Positions 27,732 through 38,749 of a stretch of DNA of 64,000 bases are shown piece by piece. Source of the DNA: Marsupella aquatica (lineage: Eukaryota; Plantae; Marchantiophyta); NCBI GenBank assembly GCA_973895155.1, contig OZ316897.1, forward strand, positions 20,587,224-20,651,223, written 5' to 3'. How positions within the stretch are numbered: the first letter of the stretch is position 1; each line of letters starts with the position of its first letter. Under the pieces are notes generated by a model, which was not told where the DNA came from, made no database searches, and saw only the letters and a program-made list of their open reading frames with translations. A program made the position numbers and the translations under genes.

Positions 27732-27999
27732 TCTAAGACTTAGGGAGGATAGGTGATGGATACTTACTAGGGATTCGTGATTGAAATTGTCTAGAGTCTT
27801 CGAGTGCCAGTTCCACACTGTCGCTCATAGAGGAGAGGTCAAACTCCTTCGTTTCTTCCACATAGGACATCACAAGGACGCGATTCGCTTCCATCTTTCT
27901 AACACGTGGCAGAAAGACACATGGCGTCTTAGCAAGCGTCCAATCTAGGGCAATAAAAAAGAATGGAGGTGGAAGGTGGAAGGCGAAGGCGGGGAGGCA

Positions 28000-28225
28000 G
28001 AAAGAGAGCGGAGAGAGAGCGGAGAGCGGAGAGAGAGCGGAGAGAGAGCGGAGAGCGGAGAGAGAGCGAAGAGCAGAGAGCAAGGAGAGCGGAGAGAGAG
28101 TGGAGAGCGGAGAGAGAGCAGAGAGCGGAGAGAGAGCGGAGAGCAGAGAGCAAGGAGAGCGAGAGGAGAGCGAGAGAGTGAGGAGGAGAGCGAGAGGAGA
28201 GCGAGAGAGCGAGGAGTGAGAGAAT
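28000..28225. repeat. Purine-rich compound microsatellite (gagagagcg)n
   Basis: Near-pure A/G tract with gcggagagaga units, located upstream of the minus-strand cargo gene. Confidence 0.9.
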
Positions 28226-29069
28226 GAGAATGAGGTCCTGGCTGGACCTCTCCATCCCTTTACCCCCTCCTGCCTCACCCCGGTCTGTGTACGGCCAGTT
28301 GCCTCCTTCTACTGCGTACGGCCTGCTCTGGCGTACGGCCTGCTCCTACATCCGGCCCGTTGCCCTGACCTTGCATACGGCCTCCTTCCTTGATGTCTTG
28401 CCTACCTAACAGCCTTCCATGGTAGTCCCCGCGCAATTAGGCTCGTGAAGATAAGGTGTGTCCGCAAGCTAAGGTGAACACGTACTCAACCCTTATCTTC
28501 ACGCGATTTCCGGTTGAGCCGACTCGAGCGAAGGGTATAATTTGGGAGACGCCCACTTTGGAGCTCATTCTTGTTCTAGTTTCCCAAATCTAAGCTCCAT
28601 GTAATCCGGAGTGGAGTTTCTCTTAAAGTGTTATGTATTGAGCCACTTACCTTCATTGGGTTAGCTTAGCCAGCTTCTTGACTTTTGGAGTCCTCTTAGT
28701 TTATCTTTTACAGACATGTGTGGTTTAGGGTTCAGTTTGTTTTTTACTCCCAAGATTTAGTGGCATATAGCTTGTATTTCAAGGTTCTGGGAAGTTTTTA
28801 CCACTATTCAAACAACAATGTATACCCCTTGGATGTGATATTCATCTTCTACCAGATCTTAATACTAAGGTGAGTATAAGGTTAATGCATTCAAATTTAA
28901 GGTTCCATTATTTCATGAAACTGTATGTAGACATTAGGGTTTGCCTTAAGACCACGCAAACTTTAGGCTGCACCATATCTAGGGAGATCCGTAAAATACG
29001 GGGTCTTCCTAAATTTGGATTTTTCTTAGCTTAAGATGTTTGAAGTTTATCTCCTATTACATCATGGGT

Positions 29070-29770
29070 TGGTCTAGGATGGTCCTAGTCCAACTTTGCA
29101 TTGGGATCATCTGAGTCCAACTTTGGATTGGGATCATACGAGTCCAAGTTTGAACTTGGATGGTCCAAGTCCTAGTTTGGATTGGGATGGTCTGAGTCCA
29201 ACTTTGGATTACGATGGTCCGAGTCCAACTTTGGATTGGGATCATCCGAGTCCAAGTTTGGATTGGGATGGTCCGAGTCCTAGTTTGGACTTGGATGGTC
29301 TAAGTCCTAGTTTGGATTGGGATGGTCCGAGTCCAATTTTGGATTGGGATGGTCCGAGTCCAAGTTTAGACTTGGACGGTCCAAGTCCAAGTTTGGATTG
29401 GGATGGTCCGAGTCCAGGTTTGGACTCGGATGGTCCAAGTCCTAGTTTGGATTGGGATGGTCCGAGTCCTAGTTTGGATTGGGATGGTTCTAGTCCAACC
29501 TTGGACTGGGATGGTCCCAGTCCAAATCCAGAATCGAAGGATCGTAGTCCAAATCCAGACTTGAAGGATTGCAGTCCAAATCCGGACTTGGATGGTCCCG
29601 GTCCAAATCCGGACTCAGATGGTCCCTGGCCAAATCCAAAATCAAAGGATCGTAGTCCAAATCTAGACTCGGAGGATTGCAGTCCTAATCCAAACTTGGA
29701 TGGTCCCTGTCCACATCCGGACTTGGATGGTCCTAGTCCAAATCCAAAATTGGAGGATAGTAGTCTGAAT
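29070..29770. repeat. 27-bp tandem palindromic repeat ~25 copies, increasingly degenerate rightwards
   Basis: Same unit as 27493-27731; ends shortly before a strong acceptor (tttttttcag, 29810). Confidence 0.92.
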
Positions 29771-29811
29771 CAAAATTTGCATGAGTTTGGTTTTAATCCA
29801 TTTTTTTCAGT

Positions 29812-32800
29812 GTGCAGGAAAATAGGAAAAGGATGCCTCAAAGGTTTTCTAGGGGCGATGATGTTACCTTGACAATCGATGGTTACGACGTTGGAAATGG
29901 GACAGTTCAAAAGACAGATCCGCGAGAGAGTGTTCAAAATATTGTGCTGGGAGAGAATCGAATTGGGGTTCTCATTGAGAAGGCCTTTGGTGAGACTAGG
30001 AAGCTCCCTTTTCCAATGCCTAGGGCAAAAAATCTTCATGATGCCATTGACTCATGTGTCATTTGGGATATGTCATGTGCATATCGATCTACGGATCATA
30101 AGATTACTCAAAAATGCATCAGTATTGGTAGTTGTTCGACTCGAAAAGATAACAACATCCATAATTTTGCAAATGTAGAGGAGGATGCTTCGACCACCCT
30201 AAGGCCAGGCGATGAGGTTGAAATGTTTATCTCTGGCCATTGTGTGGCCTTTGGAGTTGTTTTCAAGACCGATCCAATGGAGAGATGTCATAACATATTA
30301 CTCGGTGAGTCTCGGGTTAGTGTAAAAGTCATAGATGTGATTCATGGTAGTAAGACTTTACCTTACGCACATGGTGGAGCTGCAACAATTGAAGAGGCAA
30401 AGGGCTCCTGGGTTCTATGGGATGTGGTTGACGTCCACAATAAAGTATGGAATGTTGATATTGATGGGAGCAACAAATCTTCCTCTAAGAAGTAGAAGGA
30501 CAAGGTAAATTTTGTTTCACAGTCTTGTTCGGCAAACACCACGGACACTAAGTGTGACTATTTTCATCGGGCAAACTGGATGTCAGAGTTGGTTGAACTC
30601 TACACTGGTTTGGATCGAACCAAAATGGTTGCCACTGGAACAATCACTGTCCCTCAAGTGACAGCAGCAGTTGATGATGAAATTCTTGGTGATGACCATG
30701 TTGGGATTGCTGTGAAAGATGTTGTGGCAGCACAATACTTTCCCAACATCCACAAGGGAATAGTGAGTTTGATTCGATGGCGGATTGATTCAACAAAACT
30801 AGTTGCAAATGGAAAATTTTTGTCAGACATTTTGGTGGAAGGTTTTGAGAGGATGGACTCATGGATAGGGATGAACTCAATGCGGATGTAAGTGATAGAG
30901 GAGTATTGTGTTCAAGGCCGTACAATTTCAACAAGAGGAATCAAGTAGATCCGAATGAAAAGAAGAGGAGGTTGTTGGAAACCAAGGCAATTTCAAAAAC
31001 AACAGAGGCGTCAATTGATGACGTGAAAAGAGAAAATTGTTGCAAGCAAAAATGTTGTCTCATTATGCCAAGGGAAAACATCGAGATTAGGATGGAATTT
31101 CATGGGATGTCAAGCGAGTAAAAAACGTCACACATTTTCAACCTCTTTCACTATAGAGAGGATGATGTTCGTGATAAGGGACACCATGTTCTTAAGGGTA
31201 TGGTCGTATGCAGACATGCATTTGCAATTATCCACGGTTTTAGCCACACCAAATATTATGATTACAAAAGGAGATATGTGGAGGGTTGCAAAATTGGGTT
31301 CCATGGCAATACGGGCTTGATGAAAGCAAGGGCAAATACCTTGCATGCACGAGTTCTGTTGGAGGCTTTTTTGACTCGAAATGCAGAGCCCATGCCTCAT
31401 ATGCCTTATGGAGGGGCACATGGGACAGACTCTACTGAGTACCGTCTTCCGACATGTTACAAGAAGCTAGAGATTCTGGAAGATGTGAGAACAAAGATGA
31501 AGGAAGAAGGGCTTCCTCCTGTCACAGAGAATACTCTCTACAAGATCTGGAGCAACTCATTTGCAAACTTCAGTTTTCATAAAGATGGTGCATTTGCCAA
31601 GTGTACTCTTTGTTGTGAATACAAAGACAGTTTGATGCGAGAAAGAAGGAAAAAAGAACGTGTTGAAATTGAAGAAAATCGAGCGCAACATCTTCGTGAG
31701 CAAATGTCACGTAGATATGTTTACTACGCTCATCGAGTGATGGCCAAACAACACCCAGGAGAATATCTTTGCATTATTCACAACAAGATGGATCAAGCAA
31801 AGACATGGATTCCAAAAATGGTTAGTACTCCTAAATCTCTTTCGGGTCATGGAATGCCGCTACCTATTGCTCTCACAGGGATATTGACCCACGGGACGGA
31901 TCTAGGAGTTTATGCACACTTTAGTGTCACTGGCCTTTGGCTAGGAGATGCCGATTTCACGGTGACATCCTTGGCTAAGTGTCTTCGAGACCTTGAAGAG
32001 TACAATGGAGACAAGATAGGTGACATGTTGGATGGCCTTCATTGGGAACCTCACAGACCTTTCTTTCAAGCCCTACTTGACTTTGAAGCATTTTTGACGG
32101 GTTATTTGGAACCAAAGAATATACCGGTGAATAGGTATATTGGTTTTGAAGATGGAGCTGAGAGTCGGACTGAGACCGTCCCCACCAACAAGATGAGGAC
32201 AAAGGAGCAGACATGCAAGGAGAGCAAGGCAGTCCATCGTTCAAGCCCTTGCCAAGGCACCTAACATTGCAGATGGATAATTTAGCAAAGGACAACAAAA
32301 ACCAGACTGTCATGGCATTTTGTAGCGAGCTTGTGAGTAGAGGAGTATTTGAAACTGTTCAAATGTCTTTTCTAATGGTTGGTCATACGCACGAAGATGT
32401 TGATGCACTCTTTTTGAAGGTATCATATCAAGTTCAACACAAAGAAGTTGCAACCCTCCTTGCTCTTATGGCAGAGGTATGGGAATGCGAGAGCATTCAT
32501 CCAGTTCCCAGATTGATACAAGAAGTTGCATCTTACAAAGAATATCTTCAAACTTTCAAGGTGAAAGATATTCAAGGTCACTCAAAACCCGTATCATTTC
32601 TTTTCTCTATGAGAGATAATGTACCAATATTTCAGTATAAGTCCCATGTAAAGCAAACTTGGGCTCCAGTTGGTGAAAGGTGCATTTGGGCAACAGATCT
32701 GACAACAAATTCTCTTCTTTTACCTAGTGGAGAGCCCTTAGCTAAATCCATTGGAGAGATACACAAAAAATCTGAAGAGATTATCCCATTTCTTAACAAG

Positions 32801-33589
32801 TACCTTGATTTTTTGAGAAGGAGTTGCACTGATGAGACATCTATAGCATATAAGGAAAGATTTCCTCTTGTGAAATATTGGGAGAGAATTGTGGAGTTGT
32901 TGACAAATGGGCTCACACTAGAAGGGGAGGGAAGTACTCAATTTCCCTTGAAAAACAGATTTTGGCCTAAGACTAACCACGGCACTGGTTACAAGGTCAA
33001 CCAACCGGAACAAAATGGTCCTCCAAGTGAAGATGAGGAGAATGCAGAGATAACGGCTCTTCCAAATGAGGTCTTGGAAGAGATGGAAGATCAAGCAACA
33101 CCATTTATTAGATCTCAAGCTGAGAGAGAACAAGGACGATGGATTCCTTTACAGGATATTTGTGAAGGAAACTTTGTATTTCTTCGACCCGAGGATGATT
33201 GGGAGAATAAAAATGGTGGAGGTCATTTCTGGTTGGTGAGAGCTTTGGGTTTGGTGGACCCAAAGCATGAAGTCCCAACTACATCTTCAACAAACCCTTC
33301 TCTGCCTCGACAGAACGCTCCAATGTTCCCAGTTGAATGGTGGAGGCCTAAACACTCTAAACTTGATGTGACTGAGAGTGCACGGTATCTAAAGTGTTTC
33401 ATGTCCACTAAGACATGGGAACGAGATCCGGGGTTTGGTGAGAATACTCAACATTGGCAGTATGCAAATTCTGCAATGTATGGTTTTAAATCTAGAATGA
33501 AAGAAGAAAACATGACGGGCAGAGGTTTGAAGATCCCTCGAAATGTTCTACAAACTGTCCAAAATTATCTTCAAAGGATGGACAAGTAG
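29812..33589 (+). pseudogene. Transposase: three Tnp1/En-Spm-like (DUF8039-type) repeats + Cys-rich region + Sola/DUF7869-like DDD catalytic core + C-terminal Tudor/PWWP-like region
   Basis: Repeats VA.G.V....P....H...LG...V.V.V.......LP.......I..A....V.W (two clear copies, third weaker); CCKQKCC; VCRHAF..IHG; FAKCTLC; IIHNKMDQAKT; LQMDN.AKDNKN..VMAF...LV.RG.F..V...FLMVGHTHEDVD. ORFs are joined by in-frame stops (30493, 31119) and frameshifts (~30870, ~32220). Confidence 0.82.
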
Positions 33590-33849
33590 ACTTAGTTATT
33601 AGAAGCTATAATAATTAAATAGATAGTTACTAGTTTTTATGTAACTAAGATAGTCACTCATTCAAACATAGTAATTTATGTACTAGTTATTTACTATTCT
33701 AATAGTTTTAATTTGATACTATGTCCTCATTTTCTAAACTTTTGATCATTATGAATTATGAATATGAATGTTTGCTTTTTTCTACATAATTAAAAATATT
33801 TTTCTATTCATTCCTTTCTTTTAAATGATTATAAGAAGAGTTGGTAGGC

Positions 33850-34152
33850 AAATGTACACTTTTTAGGCCAAATGTACACTTTGTTGCACTAAAAATTACA
33901 CTTTCTAGACCAAATACACTTAAATGTACACTTTTTAAGCCAAATGTATGCATTTTTCACTCAAATGTACATTTTCTAGGCCAAATGTACTCAAATGTAC
34001 ACTTTTAAAGCCAAATGTACCTATTTTGATGTTCAAATTTACACTTTTCATTGCCCAAATGTACACTCTTTTGGCCAATTGTACACTTTTCTATCTTCAA
34101 ATGTACACTTTTCCAAGCCCAAAAGTACACTTTTCATTGCTCAAATGTACAT
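33850..34152 (+). repeat. Right subterminal repeat array (aaatgtacacttt, ~13 copies)
   Basis: Same motif as 19297-19376, directly inside the right TIR. Confidence 0.9.
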
Positions 34153-34562
34153 AAATCAAATAATAATACACTTTTAATGAATAGGCTGATCCAGACTAAG
34201 GCCTTTGGAGCCTGCTTGCCCCAACATTGTCAATGTGGTATATTAAAAGCATGGTGGAAGTGCCTAGTATTGCTTGGGCCATGCCCACATAATAGGGTGC
34301 TACATGGTCACTTTCAAAGCATATGTGCAAAAACATCATTGTGCAAATAAAAAAATAGCAATTATAGTTGTTCTTAATTTCCACTCAAATCCAGTATGGA
34401 TGATGAGACCCAACTTAAGATAGAATTTGAGCTTGAACTATGCTGACTTCCATATGAAGCATTTCTCAACTACCAGCACATTAAGTGCATCTTTGCCAAC
34501 AACTGTTTAGGTCATAGGATGTCAAGCTGATACTCCATTGAAGACTTGCAACATTTTCTTAT

Positions 34563-36320
34563 TGTCATAAGCCGTAAGAACACAAAAGTAACCAAATATC
34601 TTTATAAACTCGGAATTCGATCCCTTTAGGAACAGAATTGGAATAGATTGAATGATATAGTAATTTTGAGAGGTTTAGAGTCTCTTACTCTATATAACTC
34701 AAATTTTCCTTATAGGAGAATTAAATAAACTAACAAAACACAAGCAAGGAAAACCTCCTGAATTAAGAATAAAGGTAAGTTTCAATTGAGTGAGATAATT
34801 ATCAATTTGATATTGCCACTCCTTTAAAAAGGACTATGGTCTTATTGTATACAAATGAAATCTCTTTAAACTCATCTGAACTCTCATTAAATCCATAACA
34901 ATACTGATTGAAATATTTATGCTCACCAAACCCAGAGTAATTTTTTGATTACAGGTACTAAGATATCCACTATTATGCCGTCAACATGAATTGATTATTA
35001 GCGATGCGCAATTTCAATCAATCACTAGTGAATATACCAGAGTACATGAATGGTATTAGCTAGTATAAAAATGGAATTTTTGCTTATCTCAATCCAACAT
35101 TGATTCTCAAATTGGCTAGCAAATCTCATCTGAGCAAGTCTAGCAGTGAATTCGACATGAATCTCAAAAGACTATGATTGTAATTCAGGCACAGAGGACA
35201 TCTTCTAAATTCACTCACACAACACATAACATATATTTTACTTCCATACAAGACTCTCTTATTACAATGGAAGGAGGGAACCTATCCAGAATTCTGATAT
35301 CTGAATAAAATTGTGCCCCCCTAAAATGAGTAAATCGTGAGGTTTTATAGGTAAAGGTTCTAGCTGAAAATGCATGACCTTTCAAACCTCAAATATCTAA
35401 AAGATAATCCTAGAAAAGATGGAAAAAGTATTTGAAAACGTAGTGGACGCTTCAGAAAGCGTCGATGTTTCTAGTAAAACTAATAAATAGTGATCTTAAT
35501 CTAATTTTAACTTCTAAACTAAAAGTTGGAATAAGTTGAAACTTTTCTAGGGTACTCTACTACATATAATCTCTATGCTGGCAAAGTTTTAGACTTTTCT
35601 GAGATCTCTAAGTGCCTCAAATAAATCGGTAAAAGTGGCGTGTTATAAAAGTGCGAAAACTGAAAATATTTCTAAGTGTCGGGAACATAGTGGACGCTTC
35701 AAAAAGCGTCCAAAACTACAAAGGACTTTTGTGGACGCTTTAGAGAGCGTCGGCTGGATTTTGAGGTTTCAGTCGTAGCGTCCGGCTTCTGGTCTTCGGG
35801 CGGGACGCTTCCGTGGGCGTCGTAGTGTCGATATCGCCTTTGGGGTAGCGGACGCCTCAGAAAGCGTCCTCACTTAGCGGCTGTATTTCAAAGCGTCGCT
35901 ACCTTCACTCTTCCGGGTCCGTATAGTTACTTCTTCACCAACGGACGCTTCAGAAAGCGTCGTGGATTCCGTGGTATCGGTGACGGACGCTTCAAAATTT
36001 GGTGTCGCATCTGGCTGGCTGGCGTCACATATGGACACCTCAGCTGTGTTGGGCTTTCTTTCTCTTTGGACTGGGGACGCTTCAGAAATTGTCCGTGCAT
36101 GGAATATGGACACCTGAATTAAGCGTCCTATTGGAGTGGACGTTTCAGAAAGCGTCGTCTTTTGCCCAAAAAGGTTTGAAAAATTATGAATTTGCCCTTA
36201 TTGACATATTTCAACAAAAGTCCCCTTTCTACACTTACTTAGTATTCCAAAAGAAACCCACCATGGGCAGGCAAGACAAGCATGGATAGAGATGATGATT
36301 TGCAACCTCGAGGGCTAGCA
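34563..36320 (-). mobile_element. Solo LTR (~1.76 kb), related to 20977-22988
   Basis: tgtcataag...gctagca termini, TSD CTTAT at 34558-34562 and 36321-36325. 35474-35870 is a close reverse complement of ~21590-21990, and the terminal ggatcgaat.ccgagttt...aca motif is shared. Confidence 0.78.
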
Positions 36321-37178
36321 CTTATGGTAGATTCAAAGCAACTTACATTTGGCATGAGGACATGCTCATGGGTTAGAACTTCATTAGTTCATTTCATTAT
36401 TGCTTGATTCAGTCTCACAAAATAAGGCAGGCTGCTTCAGGCATTCTATTGCACTACCATGATACTCCTAGTTCCTTTCCTCCTCTTTCGCATATTGATT
36501 TTTGCAACAAATTAACAATTTTATTTTTTTACAAATTAACATTTTTTGCACCCTCCATTTAACTTATGCCCCAGAGTCATGGTCTAGAGTGAAAACAGAC
36601 CAAGGGAGTAGCTTTCAATTGCGATTATCCATCGGGGCTTAATATCCCAATTTAATACATTGTTCACTTAATTCACAACAAATCCTTTGGTTGAGCAATT
36701 GAGTATTTTTAGTTGTTTTTCACTTTCCAGTCTTGCTAATGGATCATTACATCTTGCAGTTAAGTGGTTTCACTCTCATTTTTGTTTGGAAGGTTTAGTT
36801 CTCAAGTACATCTTTTGATTTGGCTAACATCTAGCCCTCTCAGATAGCCTGATTTGTGATGTCTTCCATTTGGCGCCCTCAACCACCACTACACCTACAA
36901 AGAGCTACAGGTTATCCATACCTCTCATTATAAAGTGCACAGGTTCAAGAATGGAATGGGCTTGAGCTCCACAAAAGTTGGTGAGTGCTTCACCTTTTAT
37001 TGGCAAGTGCTCCACCTTTTATGGTGAGACATTGTTCACCACATACAAGAATGAGGACTAGTGAGGGAGGAGATGGGGCTTTCATATGAGCAGGTGTGGT
37101 TGGCAATGCTGACCAATTGTGCCATGGAGCATTGAATATAGCAGCACCATTTTGCAGAATAGCATGACTGAACAGGCC

Positions 37179-37690
37179 GAAAATAGATGAGGTTAATCAG
37201 TGTTTTATAGAGATAGGAATGCAATAATGAGTGTTTGGCTCAATGTTGCCACTTACAAGTGAAGGACTTTAACCACACCCTTATCATGACATATACACTG
37301 TATGACATCACTCCATATCATGATAAATCTTGTTAATATTTTCTTTAAATCAATGAGTGCACACCGTAAAGTACCACATTTTGATGTGCGATTACCGGCA
37401 GGGCTTGTCTTCGATCAAGCCAACTTGAAGAAGCAAAGATAGTGGGATCTCGTGTAGTAAGGTTGTATGTGCTGCGATGGGGAATGTAGTGTTGGTGCCC
37501 AAACCATGATAAATCTTGTTATTTTCTTTAAATCAATGAATGCACGCCGTATATTACCACATTTGAGGTGCGATTACCGACAGGGCTTTTTCTGAGCCGA
37601 GAAGCAAAGACAGTGAGATCGCGTAGGTACGGATGTATATGCTGCGATGGGGAATGGAGCGTTGGTGCTCAAATCAGAGATGTTTGACTC
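37179..37690 (+). pseudogene. Degenerate relic of the TPR-CHAT gene N-terminal region, partly tandem-duplicated
   Basis: aaatagatgaggttaat...acttacaagtgaaggacttt (37179-37270) matches 45608-45690. gct.cgatggg.aatgtagtgttggtgccc (37470-37500) and ...aatcagaga.gttt (37670-37684) match 45750-45797. ~37319-37503 is duplicated at 37506-37672. Confidence 0.75.
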
Positions 37691-37800
37691 AGAGACACTT
37701 TAGGAACGCCTTACAGCCATTTCATAATGCGCTTGCAAGCTTCATGCATGTTTGCAGTCCATTTGGATCCCCAAACTGCCTAGACTAGTGCTTTTGAGAC

Positions 37801-38009
37801 ATTTGCTTGATCAGACCTCAAAATGAAAAGTGTTACTTGATGAAATCCTGAGTGATCCAGACCGTTGATTGACCTTGAGTCAAATGAAACGTGTTACTTG
37901 ATAGGACCCCTAAGTGATCCAGACCGTTGATTGACCTTGAATCAATGTACCCAAAACTCTAGGGTCCTATCAAGTAGGCCAAATTCATTTTGGGGTCTGA
38001 TAAGCAAAT
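37801..38009. mobile_element. Small foldback/MITE-like element with internal tandem duplication
   Basis: atttgcttgatcagacctcaaaatgaa versus ttcattttggggtctgataagcaaat (inverted), inner acttgataggaccc/gggtcctatcaagt, and agtgatccagaccgttgattgaccttga x2. Confidence 0.5.
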
Positions 38010-38749
38010 CCATGAGCACTGTGGTCACACCTGGCTTTGTGTCCAAGTTTGATGATGTTTAACTTGACTACTTTCCAAGAACCAGTCCCACTAATGGGCC
38101 TCAACCTTCTCGAATTAATGTGAGTATGCTGGCATGGTTTTTAGTGACCACCAATTTGTCAATAGTCACTGGAAGGTCCCATTCTGTTTGAAGCAATCTG
38201 GGACTTGTGTCTTTGTCAGGAAAGCACTGGCTTGCCATAATGGTTATATGCCTAGCGGGAACCTGCTGGAAGAGCTGGTTAAACCACTAAATATAGTTTT
38301 GTGAAATTTACAAGTGACGGTACCGTAAAGAATGTGTGCCTTTTTCTTAAAAAAATGTCTCTAGGTTGCGCTCTGCATTCTGTACCTGCACATTGTGTGA
38401 TTGTGTTTGATCGAAACAATACGGGAAACATTATGAAGGTGCTGTGCTTGGGCCAATTCTTAATTTAAGTTTAGAATGTGGATGAATGCGGTATTCCTGT
38501 GCTCCCACTCCATTTCTGACTTGTGAAATCAAATTAAGAACTTGTGCAGTGTTTTACGGTGGACTTCTATCTATCCATTGGGCTGTACTATCTGTCCCAT
38601 GACATTCACAGGACCCATAGGACGTTCCCCTCAATCAGTGCACTGAAGAGTTAAAATACCAAGCCAGAGAGGTGGACATTGAATTGGATTGGATTGGAAA
38701 TCTCAAACAATTTGAATCAATTCTCGATCATCACCTTCCACGTCCATGT

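Larger units (their letters stand above)
23054..27894 (-). pseudogene. Large transposon cargo gene: unknown N-terminal domain + ParB/Srx-like domain + amino (N4C/N6A) DNA methyltransferase-like domain + acidic tail; frameshifts and TGA stops
   Basis: ParB-like IPVDSIFP...YRMLNAEHVKEV...FLAISGQHSARA (25978-26280). The frame continues through two TGA stops to a GT donor at 25710 that splices in phase to 25294 (DWLALAR). The 744-aa ORF contains NPHAKPTRMIRRIIESLSEPGDLVLDFFSSG, matching the HP..KP...I...S..GD.VLD.F.GSG signature. Exon 1 (MEANRV...) runs 27894 to ~27767 and ends at a gtaagt donor. Confidence 0.7.
19246..34190. mobile_element. ~14.9-kb cargo-carrying TIR DNA transposon (Sola-like DDD transposase)
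   Basis: Left end atcagcctattcattaaaagtgtatt (19246-19271) is the exact reverse complement of aatacacttttaatgaataggctgat (34165-34190). CCAG flanks both sides (19242-19245 and 34191-34194). Subterminal aaatgtacactt arrays lie at both ends and a transposase is encoded inside. Confidence 0.88.

Noticed and set aside
27929-28255. Arg/Glu-rich and Leu/Ser-rich ORFs
   Set aside because: Artefacts of the GA-rich microsatellite.
29096-29872. 258-aa ORF of 9-aa repeats (LDWDGPSPS), and the similar DSDHPNPKL ORF at 27490-27706
   Set aside because: These are translations of the 27-bp DNA palindrome array, open on both strands and flanked by splice signals. The DNA symmetry explains them better than a protein does.
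19245-34191. Alternative element boundaries with 27-bp TIRs (GATC ends) and a 2-bp CA TSD
   Set aside because: The 26-bp TIR with a 4-bp CCAG duplication is more specific and fits Sola-type elements; other copies are needed to settle it.
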